Shown one piece after another: positions 1-15,199 of a DNA stretch of 64,000 nucleotides. Position numbers and translations under genes: made by a program. Source of the DNA: the human T2T-CHM13v2.0 reference genome, Homo sapiens; the NCBI RefSeq assembly GCF_009914755.1, contig NC_060931.1. One strand, written 5' to 3'. Position 1 is the stretch's first letter; each line of letters starts with the position of its first letter. The notes beneath the pieces are model-generated. The model searched no databases. It was not told the origin of the DNA and was given only the letters and a program-made list of their open reading frames with translations.

Positions 1-477
1 TAAATGTACTGCCTACACAGTAAAGAATAACATCCCCTAATCCAAAAAGTGCTTATTTTGTTTAGGACTAGATTAAATAACAGGAACTTGAAAGGTTCTT
101 CGTTTGTATTAATTCCTCTAATTAGGAAAGAGTAATAGGATACTAAAGTCACATAAAACAAAGGATAATGAAAACAAATGCAAAGAGTTCAAAGACAGCC
201 ATCTAATACATGCCATGTCAAATAGTTTTTAAAAAAAGGCCACTATAAATTCACAGCTGTGAATTCTAGTTTGAACATTTTAATCCACAGCTAACCATGA
301 AATTGGGTCTTCAATTTGATGTTTTGTCTCAATTAACAACTGGCAAAGAAGTTGGTAATGTATTTGAACTAAGACATTATTCTCTACCCTGGAAATCTAT
401 CATGTTCAAGATCTAATTTCAAGAGGAACCACTTCATATGTGTTGGATGATGAGAAGCCCCCAGTTGGGATGCAGCA

Positions 478-767
478 ATTTTTTGGATTTTCTGAGACAG
501 GCTGTCACCCAGGCTGGAGTGCAGTGGCACAATCTTGGCTCACTGCAACCTCCGCCTCCTGGGCTTGTATAATCCTCCCACCTCAGCCTCCTGAGTAGCT
601 GGGACCACAGGTGCATGCCACCATGCCTGGCTAATTTTTAAATTTTTTGCAGAGACAAGGTTTCACTATGTTGCCCAGGCTAGTCTTGAACTCCCGGGCT
701 CAAGCAATCCTCCCACCTCAGTCTCCTAAAGTGCTGGGATTACAGGTGTGAGCCACTGTGCCCTGCC
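478..767 (-). mobile_element. AluJ-like SINE in SRI intron 3
   Basis: Dimeric Alu; degenerate TSD gggatgcagca/gggatggagca. Confidence 0.9.
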
Positions 768-1260
768 AGGGATGGAGCATCTTTGCAGTATTTCATTACT
801 CTCAGCTCATGGCAGAGTGTTCAAAAGGCAGGGGTAGGGTAAGGGCTGAATTATGGAGCAGCAGGTCCAGTAAGTAGAAAGGCCACTTCCCACTTAGCCT
901 GAATACATTCTATGAAGTGGAAGAGGAAAGACCTGAGGGATGTCATGGCAACCACTTATGTTAGCAGGAGCATGCCCAAAGCTCAGAGACCAGGAGTGCA
1001 GGATAGGCCACTCAGGGACCAGGGGTGCAGGGCAGCAACTCAAAGCCCTAAGTGCCACCAGGTCAGGGCAGAGTAGGCTCTTGGCAAATAACAGTAAATA
1101 TCAGTTCCTAATGTCAGTTAATGACCCCTGACCTGGCAGATTCCATTTCAGCACCCTACCTTGTCCTCTGTGAAGGAGGCCACCCAAACTGTCTCACTGG
1201 TTCTAGGTACACAAAACCCAAATCTGAGAAATCCACTAGATTGGCAGGTAGGATGGAATA

Positions 1261-1428
1261 ATTTATTATTATTATTATTTTAAAGACAAGGTCTTGCTCT
1301 GTTGCTCAGGCTGGAGTGCAGTGGTACAATCATAGATTACTGCAGCCAAAAACTCTTGGCTTCAAGCGATCCTCCTGCCTGGGCCTCTGAAGTACTGGGA
1401 TTACAGGTGTGAGCCACTGTGCCCAGCC
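1261..1428 (-). mobile_element. Free Alu monomer (FRAM-like)
   Basis: Single arm with (tta)n tail; TSD-like tggaataattta/tggagtgattta. Confidence 0.8.
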
Positions 1429-1611
1429 TGGAGTGATTTAAAAACTGTTTTCAAATCAACATTTTGAAATAGTACTGTATTTTAGCTTTCGGAATTCTAA
1501 ACTTTGCTAGATCCGACAAGCTCAGTTTTCTTGAAGGCTGTAATCACAAGTAACAGCTAAGATAGGAAACACAAGAGTATATTTAGACAAACTTTGGGAC
1601 TGTCAACTTAC

Positions 1612-1681
1612 GTTTGTATCCTCCAGCAATGCCAGACTGTGTCAGACATCTCTGCAATTCATCAGCATCTATCTGCCCATC
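1612..1681 (-). CDS. SRI: Sorcin coding exon 3 ([23 protein letters not shown]-, EF-hand 1 region); later exons lie left of the window
   Basis: Acceptor ttttcaaaag| at 1682, donor AAAC|gtaagt at 1611; 70 nt; penta-EF-hand sorcin sequence. Confidence 0.98.
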
Positions 1682-3348
1682 CTTTTGAAAAAAAATTAGA
1701 GGAATCATAATAGTGATTTGTACTTTCAAGTTGTTTACCTTCAGCATTCAATGAAGCAATAACAACAAAGAAAATCAGTATCTTTTTTTTATTTAAAAGG
1801 AATGCCTTTTTTTTATTAAAAGGAATGCCTTCCAAAAGTGGGCATTCTTTTCCTTAACCCACTTCCAAAAGTAATTTAATGATGAAAGAAAGAGTCTGTC
1901 TTGGCAACTACTCTTCTCTCAATCTGAGCTAGCAAACTGCTACAGCTAAACATTTTAAAATATTTTTTTTTGATGGGGGTGGAGAGAGCAAGGTACAAAG
2001 CAGACATCAATAAATAGAAGGCTTGGTTCAAACAGAAAAAGGCCTCCTTGGTCACTTTTTCTTATGATATAGTGAATCATTTTTTTCAGAGCACAAATAC
2101 ATCTGGAAGATTCACATTAGGTTCCCAGTGCCCATTCACTGGCTGAACTGGGAAAGAACTAGATATATGTGATTTTTAGGGACTTTAAAATAAAATACCT
2201 AAATCTTCAAGTCACTGGGTATTATAAGTTATAAATGAGGAGCAAGATCAGCAATTTGAAAGACAATGGGTATGCTGAATACAGGCCAGGGCTGCTGAAA
2301 GCTAAGCAGGTGGAGTCACTTACATGCTGGAGGCACTGGCAATCTAAGAATGCTAGTCTTGAGGTTTGCCATGCCTTGTGGTTTCAAAGATACAGATCAT
2401 TAACAGTTTAAGTAGATACTTAAGGGGAAGGTCTTCCAGTTTTAGACTATATTTTCCATTCAATTTCTTAAGCTGTATTTCTTAGAGTACTACCTTAAAA
2501 GTGGTCTTAGGTTTTTTATCCCATAATATTCTACAGTTTTCACATTAAGATTTTGCTATTTCTAGCTTTTGGTCAAAACAAGACTAGGTTGAATTCATAA
2601 GAACAAACATCTCCTCTGGACGTGTCTGGGTTATACCAACAGTATATTTACTGCACACAGTGACCTCATGAACTAGGGAAGTGTCCTCTCTCAATGTAAG
2701 ATAGCACCTGTCAATGTAAGATAGCACCTGTCATACAACTCAGAATGCAGACAAGTGAAAGGTCTTGGGGAGCTGACCTTAATTGCTTCTCTGGGTCAAC
2801 AGGCCAGAACACCTAATAAGGACATGGAGGGGCTGACCTAGTAACAGCATCTGCATCAAAGAGAAACTACACTGTTCACAAGATTAACTTTCTGATACTA
2901 AGAAGGGAACAGTAACTTCCTTATTTAGAAGCTGGTGGGTTTTTACCATATTTCCTAAGGGGGTGAATGATTAGCAATCAAGTTCAACCCAAAGAAAGTG
3001 CCCATTAGAATCGAGCTATGTAATTACTAATATATGTCTTTAAGTTGTACAAACAAGCGTTTATATTTACCAGATCTTGAATTTTTTCGCTTGAAACCAT
3101 CCTGGACCCTTTAATTCAACCACAAGTTTGCTTTCGAACTGAACTCACATAAATACGAGTAACACTTTGTCCTCATTTATTCTGAACATTCAGAAATAAA
3201 AAACTAAAATAAGAAACAACTTTTTTTTTCTTTTGCAGAAGCAAAGGGACTCAGTACCACAGGAAGTTCGCTTTTCTGTGTCACTATATCAAAAGCTACC
3301 ACAAATGCAGACAATAACGGCTCTTTAATATTAAAGGGAAAAGCTAAC

Positions 3349-3432
3349 CTGTCCAGCTACAGCAGCAAAGTAACCATACAGCGGATCCTGAGTTTGTCCG
3401 GGAAACGCAGGCCCTCCGGGAGCCCCTCCATA
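3349..3432 (-). CDS. SRI: Sorcin coding exon 2 ([28 protein letters not shown])
   Basis: Acceptor tttcacag| at 3433, donor CAG|gttagc at 3348; 84 nt, in frame with exon 1. Confidence 0.98.
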
Positions 3433-4027
3433 CTGTGAAACAGGAAACACATACACGTCATTCTGCCGAATCAAGTTTTCTTCTTTCACCACTGAGGGCT
3501 TTTGTGCAAGGCCAGACAACTGCCCGCCTGCCCGCCCTTCACAAGGCTCACCTCCCCACCACCGGGCACACTCTGCCAACACTCCACCCCTCTCTTCCAT
3601 TCACACCCCGTAATTTAAAAACTGGCGACTTAGACCATAAAGAGTTGCTGTGAAAGTGATGTCTACATATGTAAAGCAACTTTTAAAATCCCTATTAACC
3701 TGAAGGTTACTGAGGTGAGTGCAAACTAGGTAAGCCAACGAATGGCAGGGCTTCAAATTCTCCTTTTGTTGTTACAGCATTTATGGTATTTTAAGAGCGT
3801 TTTATGAACGATGGAAGGCTGGAGTTGGTAACATTCTGAGACGGGTGTAGCCTAGGGAAGAGTAAGGTGTCCGGCCGGGCTGTATCTCGTGGGTGGCGAG
3901 GGAACATTGCCTGTCTCGGAAACAGTTCCCAAGACAACGCGCATCCCAGACGCCCGGCGAGGCTGCCTTCCTACAGGTCTTTTACTTCAGCAGGTTTTCC
4001 CTTTTTTTCCGTCCCCCTTCTCACTCG

Positions 4028-4067
4028 TTTTTTTTTTGTTTGTTTGTTTGTTTGTTTGTTTGTTTTT
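4028..4067 (+). repeat. T-run plus (TTTG)n microsatellite in SRI intron 1
   Basis: Direct reading. Confidence 0.95.
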
Positions 4068-4465
4068 TAAAGGGAGGAAGGTATATCATTCTAGAATAAA
4101 ATGACTGTTGTTGCTCTGGGAGGCAACCAAGAAGGCGGGGGTGGGGTGGGGTGGGGGTCAGCCAACACCCAATTAACACGATTTCACGCCGCGTATCCGA
4201 GAAGCCGCAGGGTGGGCTTCTAGGGTCCCAATCCACCCTCACCTTGGCCCCGCAGGGCCATCCAGGAGAAGGGACGGGGAAACGTGGGGAGAGGCCGAAC
4301 CCCAGGGGCCTAGGGCGAGGCCGCGAGCGCAGGGAGAAGCCGAGGGCGGAAGGAGCCCGGGTAGCCGCCCAGCAGCGCCTCACCCCGCTGGCCGCAGCAT
4401 CTCCAAGGTGGCCTCTTAGCGCCCCGGAGCCGCCTGGGCCGCGATCCCGCGCAGTCAGCACTTAC

Positions 4466-4516
4466 CCCGCCTGGGTAGTACCCGCCGCCGGCGCCAGGAT
4501 GCCCCGGGTACGCCAT
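4466..4516 (-). CDS. SRI: Sorcin coding exon 1 (MAYPGHPGAGGGYYPGG)
   Basis: Translation matches the sorcin N-terminus; ATG at 4516; donor GG|gtaagt at 4465; 51 nt, phase 0. Confidence 0.98.
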
Positions 4517-6166
4517 GCTGCAGACTGCGCCGCAGCCGCCCTCGCCCTGTGCGCCAGGCCTCTCCGCCCCCTGCCCCGCCCCGCCCTGCCGCTAGGGGGC
4601 CGCCCCAGAGCGCACCACGCGGGCGTGGGGGACGCGCTCCGCAGTCGTCTCCAGCTCTTGCCTGTGCGCGCGGCCGTGGCTCCCCTGCCTGCGCGCTTCT
4701 TCGTATCTTTGCCATTACGGCGCTAATGCAGTGCACGACTGAAGGTGCAGTGGCGGCCTACGACCTGCGAGGCAATTCACACCAGGGACTTTCCTCCCTC
4801 CAAAACTAATGGCACATTCCAACACCAATACACCACCCCAGGAATTCTTTTTTTTTTTTTCCTTCGGACTTGGCTGTTATCTGGCACATTTCTTATTTTA
4901 AACAACTTTATTGGACAGGACGGAGCTATTATAAGCGGAGCGCACCATCGCGAGGCAGGGGCTGGATGCGTTAGGGCAAGCCTTAGGTGCCAGTGGGTGA
5001 AGGAGTCTTTGAAAGATGGAAATACGAAAGCGCCCTTGGAAAATAAGAATTAACTTGACGAACTGTGTGCAAGGGAGAGTTTGGCTTGCTGTTGGTTGCA
5101 GAGTTCACTGAACGACAACGGCGTATTTCCTTCCTAGGGGACAATTCCTTGCCTGTTTAAGCTGAGCGTGACTTGTGTCCTGAGTAGGACAGAGGGCATT
5201 TTCCGGGCAGGACAGACTCACACATATCGTTCTTAGGAAAATGAATTGTTTGAATTATCTGGATGATTCAGACAAAACAATCCATTTCCCTAAAAGTATT
5301 CAGCTACTTTTTATATAAGAAAAGTTTAGAACAAACTAATAGTGTACTGGTAAGTATTCAGGAAGATAAGAGATAGGAACTTCTATGTAGGTTATTCTTC
5401 TTTACTTCATATATTTTTCTATCTTCCAGTTGAATAGTCCGAAGCAATTCAGGCGTGAGCTTTTTGTTTTGTTTTGTGTAATTTCAATGACAGAAAATTG
5501 CTTGCCCTTCACTGTTAAGGACTAGACTTAATGATTTCCTGAATTTTAACGTATTGAGAAACGCATTAATAAGCAAGATTCACAGTATTTGTTGTGGAGG
5601 TTGCACAGAAACATTTAAAGGGTCATCAACATTTCACAAATATTGGAGCACCCGCCAATGTGGTACTGTGCTTTTTCGCTGTGGTGGACGGGCTTCCTCC
5701 ATTCTAAATTCGTGGGCTATTGTCCTCATTCGGTTCATTGTTTTTCTCTTGTGTGTAACTTCCCTCGCAAGCCCTTTTGAAAACCAAAGTCCGAATTGTG
5801 AGAAAAATTCTAATAGTCCCTGTTGTGGCATAGCAAAGACACTGCATGTTGCCTGTTTTGTGTTTGATTCAGGAAGCAGGTTACTGTTTTCAATCATCAA
5901 GGTAGCAATCATCAAGGTAGATGAGACATCTAATGAGTCCCCTGGTCTCTCTTTGGAAGCCTGTTTCTTCAGAAAGAGGTAACCGACTATAAAGAGTAGA
6001 TGTCAGGGCCGAACTCGATGTTGAGTACAAGCTCAAGACTCAAGTTTGAAAGAAGTATAAAGCATATAAAATATTTTTAAGTACTGCAGAATTAGCTTCG
6101 TGGATAAACGGCTATACGAATTGGCATATCAGTTGTCCTTAGACATCTTCCTACTGCTTTACTGCT

Positions 6167-7771
<1,605 letters not shown>

Positions 7772-7903
7772 TAATCTTAATAAAAACCCATGGGATAGGT
7801 ACTATTGTCATTCCTATTATACAGTTTTGAGGAAGGGGAAGGAACAGAACAGAGCTGAGCTATGCTGCCAAGCCATCTGACTCTAGAGTCTGTGCTCTAC
7901 ACC

Positions 7904-8270
7904 CAGGGGCAGGTAAAGGGCCAGGTAGTAAATATTTTAGGCCTGTGGGCCATACAGTCTCTGTATGAGAGAGTCTACATACATAGTGGTATGTAGACTA
8001 TGTAGTCATAGTGGTATGGCCAAATACCACTCAACTCTGCTGTGTAGGCCACAAGTATCCATAGACAATAGATAAATGAATGGATGTCGCTGGGTTCCAA
8101 TGCAACTTTATTTATAGACACTGAAATTTGAATTTCATATGACATGAAATATTATGCTTAATTTTATTTTTCCAACCATTTAAAAATGTAAATATTATTC
8201 TGAGCTCTTGGATGTACAGAAATAGGAGGTGGGTCAGATTTGGCCTTTGGGCAGTAGTTTACCAACCACT
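7904..8270 (+). mobile_element. MER58B-like hAT DNA transposon with an internal ~60-bp insertion
   Basis: caggggc...gggccaggtagtaaatattttaggc start, gacactgaaatttgaatttcatat block, gtagtttaccaaccactg end. Confidence 0.8.
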
Positions 8271-9319
8271 GCTGGAAGCCCCTCCAGAATGCGGGCTTAT
8301 GACTCTGGCAGTTTAGCACTTTAGCAAATGATTTGCTGACTGTAAGATAAAGCCTATGGGTAGAATACAGTTATTTGTCAGAACGATTTACTAAGTCCTA
8401 AAAAAAAGACTGTAGGAGGGTTGTGACAACAGCATGGGTTAGGGAGAGAACTATGTGAGGTTTATAGATAGGATGCAGGTCATGGTTATTTTGGGAAGTC
8501 ATTGGAATTACAGAAACCTTTCTGATCATATACTCCAATCCTGCTGTTTACAGAAGAAAAGACCAAGGCTGAGAGATGGCAAATATCTGGCCCCAGCTCT
8601 TGAAGAGCAGACCTAGCCAGATGTAGATATTTCACCCTTCCCAATTAAAGCTGTGACAGTAGATAAACATGCTCTCAGAGAGAATCCCATTCTTTTGTGG
8701 TACACCTTCCCTAATTATGTTTTCAAGACAAACGGCAGTGTGGACACTTTCTTATTCCTGGAGAAAAGTTAATATAAAGCTCTACATATAGTATCCAACC
8801 TGGACTTCTTCGCTCAGATAAGTGGTGAAAGAAATAGTGTCTAACTAAGTAACTGTAGTTATTTCACCATACCTGCAGTTGAATTAACCATAGGTCTTCA
8901 CTTGTTAGGAAGAAATGAGCAATGACATTTGCCAATTTAAAGTTTCAATTTTTGTTTAGTTCTGATCTGGGTGTGGCACCTCATGATTTAAAGACCTCTG
9001 CCTTAGAGAGAAGCTCAGATCTCCAAATGTAAGTGGAAATGAGCATTTGATAACAACATAGGTAACCAATTAATAGTATCTCCACTTTCTTAAGATTGTT
9101 GGGAAAGAGTGTGAAGCCTATGATGTTCATTTGGGAATAAAAGCCACCCTTTTTCTTGAACTGTCCGGAGTAAGAGCTCAGTTAATCATGCTATTATGTA
9201 ATTTTTTCAAGGGATAGAAAACTTCCACTATTGATGTTTTAGTGCTTGCATGTAGAGTTTAACTGGTCCCTGGCATATTGTAGATGGTAATGAATCATCA
9301 ACCACAGCTCTTCAAACAA

Positions 9320-9470
9320 CTTCTGCTACAATAGAAATGTTTGATAACTATGCCACACAATAACTAATCACATATGGCTATTGAGCCTGTGAAATGAGGA
9401 ACTAAAATTTTAATTTAGTTTAATTTAAAATGGAATAGCTCTGTGGCTAGTGCTACCCTCTTGAACAGCA
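9320..9470. mobile_element. MER3/MER33-like hAT remnant
   Basis: cacatatggctattgagc...tgtggctagtgctacc motif pair. Confidence 0.55.
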
Positions 9471-11396
9471 CAGGGACCCTTTCATCTGTGTTGGCTTCCT
9501 CCTCCCTGGAACTCAGAGAAAGCAAACTCATTCTACTTGCCTGGAATAGGCATGATAAGCAAGATAAATCAGTTATTAACAAAACACAGCAAGGGCAGTC
9601 ATCAGCTCTGTGACAAACGTTCCCATGTTCCTGTTCCTACAGAATAGATTCTCACTGACCTGTTCCTTCCCTTAATGAAGCTCTGAGCTGGAGTTGATGA
9701 TCAGGATTAACCAGGAAGCTGATGTTGGAGGAATTTATTATGGCTAAATATATATGCCTATATACATATATGTGTATGTATGTATATCATTGTACATATG
9801 TAAATATATGTGTGTATTTTTACAAACACACACACACTTTATATATATACTTTCTTATCATTAGGGCTGTCAAAAATGACCTTCCAAAGATGAGTTCCCC
9901 ATCACTAGAAGTGATCAAGAAGAGGCTGTCAGTGATGCTAAAGGGCAGTTTTGTACTTTGAGTAGGGGCCTGGATGAGTTAATGCTCTATGGACTACAAA
10001 GTATTTTCTGATGGCCTACTTAAACTTTACCCAGCCATGCCAGTTAGATTATTTCTACTTTACAAGATGAGGAAACTGAGACTCTGACTTGCTGAAGGTT
10101 ACCAGACTAATAGCAATTCCAGTATTAATTGCTTATCTTGTCACTTCAGATCTTTTCTCAACCTCACGCTATTCTCTCAGGACTCTTCCTTTTAAGATTA
10201 TGCAATTTCTATTGGATCAAGAATTTGGAGACATTGTTTTTTCTTTTCCTGAACAGAATGTGTTTCAGAAATCAGAATATTAAATTTAAAGCAATTGTCT
10301 AAAATAATGTACATCTAGGTAATGCTATTACTATCAATGATAAGAGTTCATTTTAGTGCAGATAATTATTTTTTGATGAACAAGATGTAAATATGCATGG
10401 CTAAAGGGGTAGCTAAAGGGAGGTCAAGAAATGAATGCAAGAACTGGCTGTAATTAGTTTTTGTCTGAGGCTTGTACTGATTATCAAGTCTCTACATCTT
10501 TTACTTGTGACCATTACCATGTCTGGGACCACATAGAAAGCAGAATATTGAATACTGGACCTGTATGCTCAGGTAGAAAATCACCTGTGTTCAGCACCAG
10601 TGTTCTCTTAGGATGACTCTTCCTAAGAACATTGGACTAGTATATTATGGGGGTGTTAATTCTAAAAGCTAATTTTTGCAACCTAGGTCTATTTTTTCAT
10701 AAAGGTCACTTTATGACTGGTTCTCAGGCAAGCCCTCGAAAGTTCTTTAAAGCCTTCATTGTTCTCCTAAAGAGAAGCAGTCCTGGAGCCGGGGTAGAGC
10801 AGGGTAGGAACCCAAGAGCACCTAGGGCTTGGTTATTGCCCATCCCCATTCGCATCTCAGTCCCTTTATCCAGCCAATCTTGATGTCGCAAAGTTTACAC
10901 AGAACCAGAGATAAATAGAGAAGCCAGACTTGTGGAGAGAGGAGGGGAAGATAATACAATCTCCATCTGTTCAATAAGCTGGGAGAGGAGGGAATTTGGG
11001 AAGAAAAATTCCCAATTATTCATATTGCAGCTCTGGGGAAGGAAGAATGACTGTTCTTGAGTCCTAGGTGCCTAGGTACAGTAGATATTTCCAGAATGCC
11101 AAAATTCCATGAAGCATATATATAAGTCAGCTACATGTAAATTGGGAGCTTCTTAATTAAAATAAGATATCTCTTACTTTATATAATTATTTTTCAGTAG
11201 TTACTTGCCTCTTTTCCATAGCTGGGAAATCAGTGGCAAAGCTGAGAAAGGAACCTGGATTAATTGATTCTCAGCTTGGAAACCCATGGATCAGTAGAAC
11301 TACAAAGATTAGGAACTTTCTTATTCCTGATTAGTAGAATTAGAACATTGGAGCTGCATGGAATAGTCTAATATTATATACATATCATTTACTTGC

Positions 11397-11402
11397 CTGC
11401 AT
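11397..11402 (-). CDS. SRI: Coding part (Met-Gln) of the upstream alternative first exon of the short sorcin isoform (MQYGG...); 5'UTR probably extends to about 11480
   Basis: Minus strand reads ctcaagATGCAG|gcaagt; phase-0 join to exon 2 gives MQYGGAPGG, the start of the short sorcin isoform as I recall it; GC donor in otherwise consensus context. Confidence 0.75.
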
Positions 11403-11832
11403 CTTGAGTTGAAGTCTTATAGGTAGAAGCTGGTGATCCTTAGAGGATTGCCTTCTTGCAGAGTGGCCAAATAGAAGAATCAAGAAGTATAAACTGTAAT
11501 AGCAGATGAATCACATTGCCCTCTTGACCTCTGGAAATCAGTAACCAACTATAAACATTACTCAACAGTGTAGGCAGATTTCCAATTAGCCCTATAGAGG
11601 CCCTCTATGAAATATGTTTATTTCATTGTTACAAAGAATGACCTATCTAAGGCAGCTAGGAACCAATAACAACAGTATTAAACACACGTACAGGTAAATA
11701 TTTGACATTCCTTCAGGATTATTATCTCTGTCTGAGAATTCTGAAGACCTGCAGGGCTTTGTGTTGGAACAGTCATATGTGGGAGCTGGCTCATACTGGC
11801 CAGTGAGCCTATTTTCAGGCATTTTTCCAGCC

Positions 11833-12126
11833 TTTTTTTTTTTTTTTTTGAGAGAGTCTCGCCCTGTCTCCTAGGCTGGAGTGCAGTGGCGCAATCTCAG
11901 CTCACTGCGACCTCTGCCTCCCCAGTTCAGGCAATTCTCTGCCTCAGCCTCCTGAATAGCCGGGATTGCAGGCACCTCCCACCACGCCAAGCTAATTTTC
12001 GTGTTTTTAGTAGAGACAGGGTTTCACCATCTTGGCCAGGCTGGTCTTGAACTCCTGACCTCATGATCCACCCACCTCGGCCTCCCAAAGTGCTGGGATT
12101 ACAGGCGTGAGCCACGGTGCCTGGCC
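11833..12126 (-). mobile_element. AluS SINE
   Basis: Full dimer, poly-T, TSD ttttccagcct. Confidence 0.95.
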
Positions 12127-12507
12127 TTTTCCAGCCTATTTTTAAACACTGCCAATCGTATAATTAGAAATTTTTTAACTTACTGAAAATCAAGATAATA
12201 AATACTCCAAATGCATCAATTTTTAATGATTTTTCTATATGGGTAGTATGTAATTTTGTGCTGTTGGATGTTAATTCTCAATTCCAGACTCAGTCATACC
12301 ATGTTAGTAGTTTGAATTTGCGAAAAGTTAGTAGTTTATTCCACTATGTTGGGAATATTTACACCCTGGAAATCAGTTTGCACTACAAACAAAAGACTCA
12401 TTTATTTTTATTTATTTATTTATTTTTTTTTTTAATTGTGTACTCTAGATTTGGAGGTGGCATTTTGGAGAATATGTTAATAAGGTTTAAAGTTAAAAGT
12501 GTGTTGT

Positions 12508-13735
<1,228 letters not shown>

Positions 13736-13961
13736 GGAGTTCTCACGAATGGACTAGTGCCCCAGAGAGCAGCCTTGTCCTTTCATCATATGAGGACACA
13801 GCTAGAAGATGCCATCTATGAACCAGAAAGCGGGTCTTCACCAGACACTGAATCTGCCTTGATCTTGGATTCTGCAGCTTTCAGACTTTGAGAAATAAAT
13901 TTCTGTTGTGTATAAGCCACCTGGTTTATGACATTTTATTATAGCAGCCTGAACTAAGACA
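13736..13961 (+). mobile_element. MaLR LTR (MLT1A-like), partial
   Basis: ccagacactgaatctgccttgatcttgga...tagcagcctgaactaagaca terminus. Confidence 0.75.
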
Positions 13962-15199
13962 ACACCCTTTATGTCAGTTAAATTTACAATTACCTTACGT
14001 ACATATATACGTACATATAAGGTCCCACCCTGCCCCATCTTGGAAAGCTACTTGTTAAACATTTACCAGCACACCACTAAAGGGCAAGAAAGTGTCATTT
14101 GAACTCAATGACTTAGGGAAATATATCTTGGCTTCAGGCTGTGGATAGAGATTTTCAAGCACATCTAGGAAGTATTTCAAAAGGTAATTTACGAAAAATT
14201 TCAAAAGATAATCTTTAGGCCCTTCACATGCTCCTATCTTCCAGGTTCTGGAAGCAGCTATCGCAAGTGCTTAAATGTTCCTCCTGTGCCTCTGTGACTG
14301 TCCAAAGTCCCTGTTTCCAGTTCAGCTTTCTTTGAAAAGCCCTTGAGCTTTAATATCACCATCATGCCTCATTAAAACTCCTATTCACTGGGTGCAGAAG
14401 ACTGCTTATTACTGAAAGTAATTTGACTAAAACATAAATACTGCAAAATGTAAGTATATTTTAATTTCATTATATATTCTTTGTCCATACTATTTTTATG
14501 GCTGCAGAGTATTCAATCATATGAGCCTTTTACACTTTAGTTAATCAATACCAAATTATTTAGATTTTAACTAAATTTTTATTATTACACACAATGCTGA
14601 AATAAAAAGATCATAGTTTAAATTTTGCTCACATCTTGAATTGCTTTCTTGGACATATTCTTAAAACTAGATTTACTGTTTTTGAGATTAAGGTTTTTGA
14701 GAAATTCTGGATAGCTATTGCAAATCGCCTCCCAGGAAGTTAGTAACTGATTTATCCTATCATCAGTAGAATATTAGAGCATTTAGGTCCATACATAGAG
14801 AGGTACACAGTTATGTGCAATGACATCATTGCATGTATCTTCCTCTATAGACTTGAATTGTAGACTGAGTTGTTAAGATTATCACTGGGTTTTGAGTTTA
14901 TGTGCAATTTTTCTTTATTATTCCGTATGTGTAATTTGTAGTATTTTTTACATTGAACATTAAAAGAGGAGTACTATTAATTGAAACAAATAAATAAGAT
15001 TTGTTACATTAACACAGTTCTGCCCTTAACACAATTAAAAGATAAATGACAGACTAGAAAAAATATTTGCAACATCTCTAACAGTGGGTTTATATCCTAC
15101 ATGTAAAATATAAATCAGTAAAATGGAGAGTGTTTTTGATAGAATAATCCTGTCATTGGCCTACTCTGTGCTTTGCCCCACCACCCTCTCACTTATAAC

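Larger units (their letters stand above)
3850..4980. promoter_or_regulatory. SRI: CpG island / main SRI promoter, probably bidirectional
   Basis: Dense CpG and very high GC at about 4180-4770; Sp1-type GC boxes ccccgccccgccc at about 4574-4586, just upstream of the ATG. Confidence 0.9.

Noticed and set aside
248-265. Perfect 18-bp palindrome aattcacagctgtgaatt
   Set aside because: A 9-bp arm is expected about 0.25 times per 64 kb by chance (64000/4^9), more in AT-rich DNA
4021-4809. Long ORFs over the SRI promoter (191 aa, 146 aa, 93 aa and others)
   Set aside because: Stop-poor GC-rich CpG-island shadows with Arg/Pro/Ala/Gly bias and no recognisable domain
5554-5982. 142-aa ORF in unique sequence upstream of SRI
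   Set aside because: TTG start, no recognisable homology or splice structure; would need Ribo-seq or conservation support
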